Source: Xylella taiwanensis
GTDB lineage: Bacteria; Pseudomonadota; Gammaproteobacteria; Xanthomonadales; Xanthomonadaceae
Assembly: GCF_013177435.1 (NCBI RefSeq)
Contig: NZ_CP053627.1
Coordinates: 1,800,001 to 1,832,000 of the forward strand
Direction of reading: 5' to 3'
DNA: 32,000 nt
Notes under the pieces: generated by a model
What the model saw: only the letters and a program-made list of their open reading frames with translations
Databases searched by the model: none
What the model was told of the DNA's origin: nothing
Program-made: the position numbers and the translations under genes
Part shown: piece by piece, positions 28,786 through 32,000 of the stretch
Layout: every line of letters begins with the position of its first letter
Position numbering within the stretch: the stretch's first letter is position 1

Positions 28786-28950
28786 ACAGAATCATATCGT
28801 CCCTGGCATCGCCATGCTCTTGCGGTACCAACCGACTCCATCCCGAGAGCGGAAAATTCAGGCCCCAGTGATTACCGCAAAAAACGGCCCTTGCGCCAAT
28901 GACATTACAAACCCAATAAGACAATTGGACTCGGAAAGTGAACCAACAAT

Positions 28951-28986
28951 ACAGAAAAAACGCGGGCAGCACAGTCGCTGCCCGCG
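28951..28986 (-). terminator. rho-independent terminator of the downstream adhesin gene
   Basis: CGCGGGCAGC (28961-28970), 6-nt loop, GCTGCCCGCG (28977-28986). On the minus strand the hairpin is followed by TTTTTTCTG. It sits 9 nt after the adhesin stop codon. Confidence 0.85.
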
Positions 28987-28994
28987 CATACACA

Positions 28995-31900
28995 TCACCA
29001 GCCAAAACCCGCGCCAACACCCACCGAGGTATCACTGCTACTGAACGCGCCACCAATAGTGAAATTACTATTGTCACTGAACGCATGCTGGTAACCAATC
29101 GACAGTGCTGACTGACCATTCTGGAAACCAACACCAGCACCAAGCCTATTTGGGGTACGGATTCCAGCGGCACTGGTCGCCATGTTCAACATCGCTGCAC
29201 TCATCGCTCCCTGCCGATTGATCCGACGATCCTGCCGGCGCATCTGCCAATTCAAATCACCACGCAAGCTCTGGAAACTATCGTTCAACGCCGAGATACG
29301 CGCGTCTGTGTAGCTATTGGCCGCCGAGATACCACTATCCAATTGCGCTTTATTCACTCCGTCGGTTGGCAACGTCGCTGCGGCCATCGTGACGATCTGC
29401 CGCGCATTGCCCACGCTGCCCATCGAACTCAGCTGCACCTCATCACTACTCTGGGTGTTATTCTCCGAAGCCGCGGGGGTTACACCATTTCCTTTCGACA
29501 ACGTCAGTGCATTGGTACCAGCACTCGAATCAGACACTGTAGCACCAGAAGCAACTTTATTATTTCTAGCAACCACCGCACTAGAAGTTAATGCCGCTGT
29601 GGAAACACTGGCCGTGCCCGCAGAAGCACTCCCCGCAACACTGTGATTAACATCACCACGCCCAGCAACACGATTATCCAGATCGGTGACCTTACCATCC
29701 AGCGCCTTTAACGCCGCACCCACAGTACTGTAACTACTCCCCTGTATTTGATAGGCCGGCGCAATCAACATCCCTTGCGCCCCCACCGCCGCACCACCAC
29801 CCAAAATACTTGCCACGCTACTTATGGCTTGGAAGAACTGCCCGCCATTCACCGCCTCAGTGCTCCCCAACGATACATTGCCGGGACTGAGATTAACAAT
29901 ACGGCGTGTCGCCGGACCACCGAGGCCGTTACCGCTACCAAGCGAGAGCACCTCGGCTTCATAAGTACGCGAACCGTGACCCAACGAGATGGAATCTTTT
30001 CCCGACACACCGGCATCGGTACCCAGGGCAACACCGTACTCACCACTCTGACGAACGAAACTGTTGAAACCCACTGCCACGCTGCGATCACCGAGAGTAT
30101 TGGTCTGGCGCCCAACTGCCGTACTGCTGATCCCTGTGGCACGACTATCCACACCCAACGCAGTGGTACCAAAAGCGTTAGCCCTGGAACGGGCTCCCAC
30201 TGCAACACTTCTGCTACCAATGGCCTGCGCATCGGAACCAATCGCAGCACTGTCCTCACCAACCGCACTCGCCGCACCGTTTCCAGTGATTTGGCTCAAA
30301 CGGTTGATGTTCTTCACCGATGACACGACGTCATTTACCGTTGACGCCACACTATCCAACTGTGACTTGTTGACTGCATCCTTACTGCTAACAGCATCGC
30401 CCACATTCACGATGCGCCGCACCACCGGACCAGACCCTTCACCACCACTCCCCACAGAAACCACCTCGGAATCGGTAGCAACCGAACCAGAACCCAGCGC
30501 AACCGAATTGACACCTAATACGCTGCTGTTGCTTCCAAGGGCTACACCGTTAAGTGCACTCTGCCCAACAAAACTGTTGTAACCCAACGACGCACTGTTT
30601 TCGCTTATAGCACTGCTTTGCAGTCCCAGCGCTGTACTGTTCATACCAAAAGCATGACTATCCACACCCAGCGCAGTGGTACCAACAACGTTAGCCCTGG
30701 AACGGGCTCCCACTGCAACACTGCTATCAACGGCCTGCGCATCGGAACCAATCGCAACACTGTCCTGAGTACCAGCACTCGCCGCACCGTTTCCAGTGAT
30801 TTGGCTCAAACGGTTGATGTTCTTCACCGATGACGCGACGTCATTTACCGTTGACGCCACACCATTCACTGATGACACCACACTATCCAACTGTGACTTG
30901 TTGACTGCATCCTTACTGCTAACAGCATCGCCCACATTCACGATGCGCCGCACCGCCGGACCAGACCCTTCACCACCACTCCCCACAGAAACCACCTCGG
31001 AATCGGTAGCAACCGAACCAGAACCCAGCGCAACCGAATTGACACCTAATACGCTGCTGTTGCTTCCAAGGGCTACACCGTTAAGTGCACTCTGCCCAAC
31101 AAAACTGTTGTAACCCAACGACGCACTGTTTTCGCTTATAGCACTGCTTTGCAGTCCCAGCGCTGTACTGTTCATACCAAAAGCATGACTATCCACACCC
31201 AGCGCAGTGGTACCAACAACGTTAGCCCTGGAACGGGCTCCCACTGCAACACTGCTATCAACGGCCTGCGCATCGGAACCAATCGCAACACTGTCCTGAG
31301 TACCAGCACTCGCCGCACCGTTTCCAGTGATTTGGCTCAAACGGTTGATGTTCTTCACCGATGACGCGACGTCATTTACCGTTGACGCCACACCATTCAC
31401 TGATGACACCACACTATCCAACTGTGACTTGTTGACTGCATCCTTACTGCTAACAGCATCGCCCACATTCACGATGCGCCGCACCACCGGACCAGACCCT
31501 TCACCACCACTCCCCACAGAAACCACCTCGGAATCGGTAGCAACCGAACCAGAACCCAGCGCAACCGAATTGACACCTAATACGCTGCTGTTGCTTCCAA
31601 GGGCTACACCGTTAAGTGCACTCTGCCCAACAAAACTGTTGTAACCCAACGACGCACTGTTTTCGCTTATAGCACTGCTTTGCAGTCCCAGCGCTGTACT
31701 GTTCATACCAAAAGCATGACTATCCACACCCAGCGCAGTGGTACCAACAACGTTAGCCCTGGAACGGGCTCCCACTGCAACACTGCTATCAACGGCCTGC
31801 GCATCGGAACCAATCGCAACACTGTCCTGAGTACCAGCACTCGCCGCACCGTTTCCAGTGATTTGGCTCAAACGGTTGATGTTCTTCACCGATGACGCGA

Positions 31901-32000
31901 CGTCATTTACCGTTGACGCCACACCATTCACTGATGACGCCACACTATCCAACTGTGACTTGTTGACTGCATCCTTACTGCTAACAGCATCGCCCACATT
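28995..32000 (-). CDS. xadA: YadA-like trimeric autotransporter adhesin, 5' end outside the window (partial)
   Basis: The frame is open to the window edge; the leading M in the track is a GTG inside NVGDAVSS. It has Hep_Hag-like head repeats (NSTALG, NSVALGSGS, SVAIGSDA) and neck motifs (RRIVNVGDAVSSKDAVNKSQL). The C-terminus is a YadA anchor (...GAGVGFQNGQSALSIGYQHAF...VGVGAGFGW). The symbol is by synteny with the Xylella xadA locus next to xpsE. Confidence 0.9.
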   Translation of the reverse strand, partial: NVGDAVSSKDAVNKSQLDSVASSVNGVASTVNDVASSVKNINRLSQITGNGAASAGTQDSVAIGSDAQAVDSSVAVGARSRANVVGTTALGVDSHAFGMNSTALGLQSSAISENSASLGYNSFVGQSALNGVALGSNSSVLGVNSVALGSGSVATDSEVVSVGSGGEGSGPVVRRIVNVGDAVSSKDAVNKSQLDSVVSSVNGVASTVNDVASSVKNINRLSQITGNGAASAGTQDSVAIGSDAQAVDSSVAVGARSRANVVGTTALGVDSHAFGMNSTALGLQSSAISENSASLGYNSFVGQSALNGVALGSNSSVLGVNSVALGSGSVATDSEVVSVGSGGEGSGPAVRRIVNVGDAVSSKDAVNKSQLDSVVSSVNGVASTVNDVASSVKNINRLSQITGNGAASAGTQDSVAIGSDAQAVDSSVAVGARSRANVVGTTALGVDSHAFGMNSTALGLQSSAISENSASLGYNSFVGQSALNGVALGSNSSVLGVNSVALGSGSVATDSEVVSVGSGGEGSGPVVRRIVNVGDAVSSKDAVNKSQLDSVASTVNDVVSSVKNINRLSQITGNGAASAVGEDSAAIGSDAQAIGSRSVAVGARSRANAFGTTALGVDSRATGISSTAVGRQTNTLGDRSVAVGFNSFVRQSGEYGVALGTDAGVSGKDSISLGHGSRTYEAEVLSLGSGNGLGGPATRRIVNLSPGNVSLGSTEAVNGGQFFQAISSVASILGGGAAVGAQGMLIAPAYQIQGSSYSTVGAALKALDGKVTDLDNRVAGRGDVNHSVAGSASAGTASVSTAALTSSAVVARNNKVASGATVSDSSAGTNALTLSKGNGVTPAASENNTQSSDEVQLSSMGSVGNARQIVTMAAATLPTDGVNKAQLDSGISAANSYTDARISALNDSFQSLRGDLNWQMRRQDRRINRQGAMSAAMLNMATSAAGIRTPNRLGAGVGFQNGQSALSIGYQHAFSDNSNFTIGGAFSSSDTSVGVGAGFGW
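30287..32000 (-). repeat. in-frame tandem array of near-identical 531-bp (177-codon) modules, truncated by the window edge
   Basis: Antisense shadow ORFs recur at 30618/31149/31680 and 30796/31327, spaced exactly 531. There are three full copies plus the start of a diverged fourth copy that continues to about 29880. Confidence 0.93.

Noticed and set aside
28778-29173. 131-aa minus-strand ORF spanning the adhesin 3' end, its terminator and part of the xpsE upstream region.
   Set aside because: It overlaps the well-supported YadA anchor coding region in another frame and runs through a strong terminator hairpin. It has no RBS or recognisable motifs.
30064-31895. Plus-strand ORFs of 71-172 aa that repeat every 531 bp.
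   Set aside because: They are antisense shadows of the second adhesin's tandem modules, for the same reasons as above.

Overview
Chromosomal segment, about 50-55% GC by eye. Gene content and order look like Xylella fastidiosa or a close Xanthomonadaceae relative; this is recognition, not a search result. There are two plus-strand genes (rplM-rpsI). Everything else runs on the minus strand: gltA, rpmE2 (type B L31), tsaB, the peroxide-stress block ahpC-ahpF-oxyR, a giant Hia/Hsf-like trimeric autotransporter adhesin (TAA, about 2,680 aa), a complete Xps-type type II secretion cluster (xpsE-F-G-H-I-J-K-L-M-N-D), and a second YadA-like TAA that runs off the window edge. I saw no rRNA, tRNA, CRISPR array, transposase or integrase. 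Main items for a second look: (1) a roughly 5-kb in-frame tandem array of near-identical 669-bp modules inside the giant adhesin. (2) A 531-bp tandem array inside the second adhesin. (3) A roughly 710-bp mosaic of diverged xpsL, xpsM and xpsK fragments wedged between intact xpsK and xpsL; it reads as the scar of an old tandem duplication, and its xpsK remnant now supplies the ATGA stop/start overlap for xpsL. (4) A 700-bp gene-poor gap holding a C11 homopolymer and short hydrophobic ORFs. (5) Several perfect palindromes in the AT-rich adhesin and T2SS upstream regions. I did not find a convincing wholly new multi-gene system; every long ORF has a recognisable family. Repeat and fragment boundaries are read by eye and approximate to a few nt.
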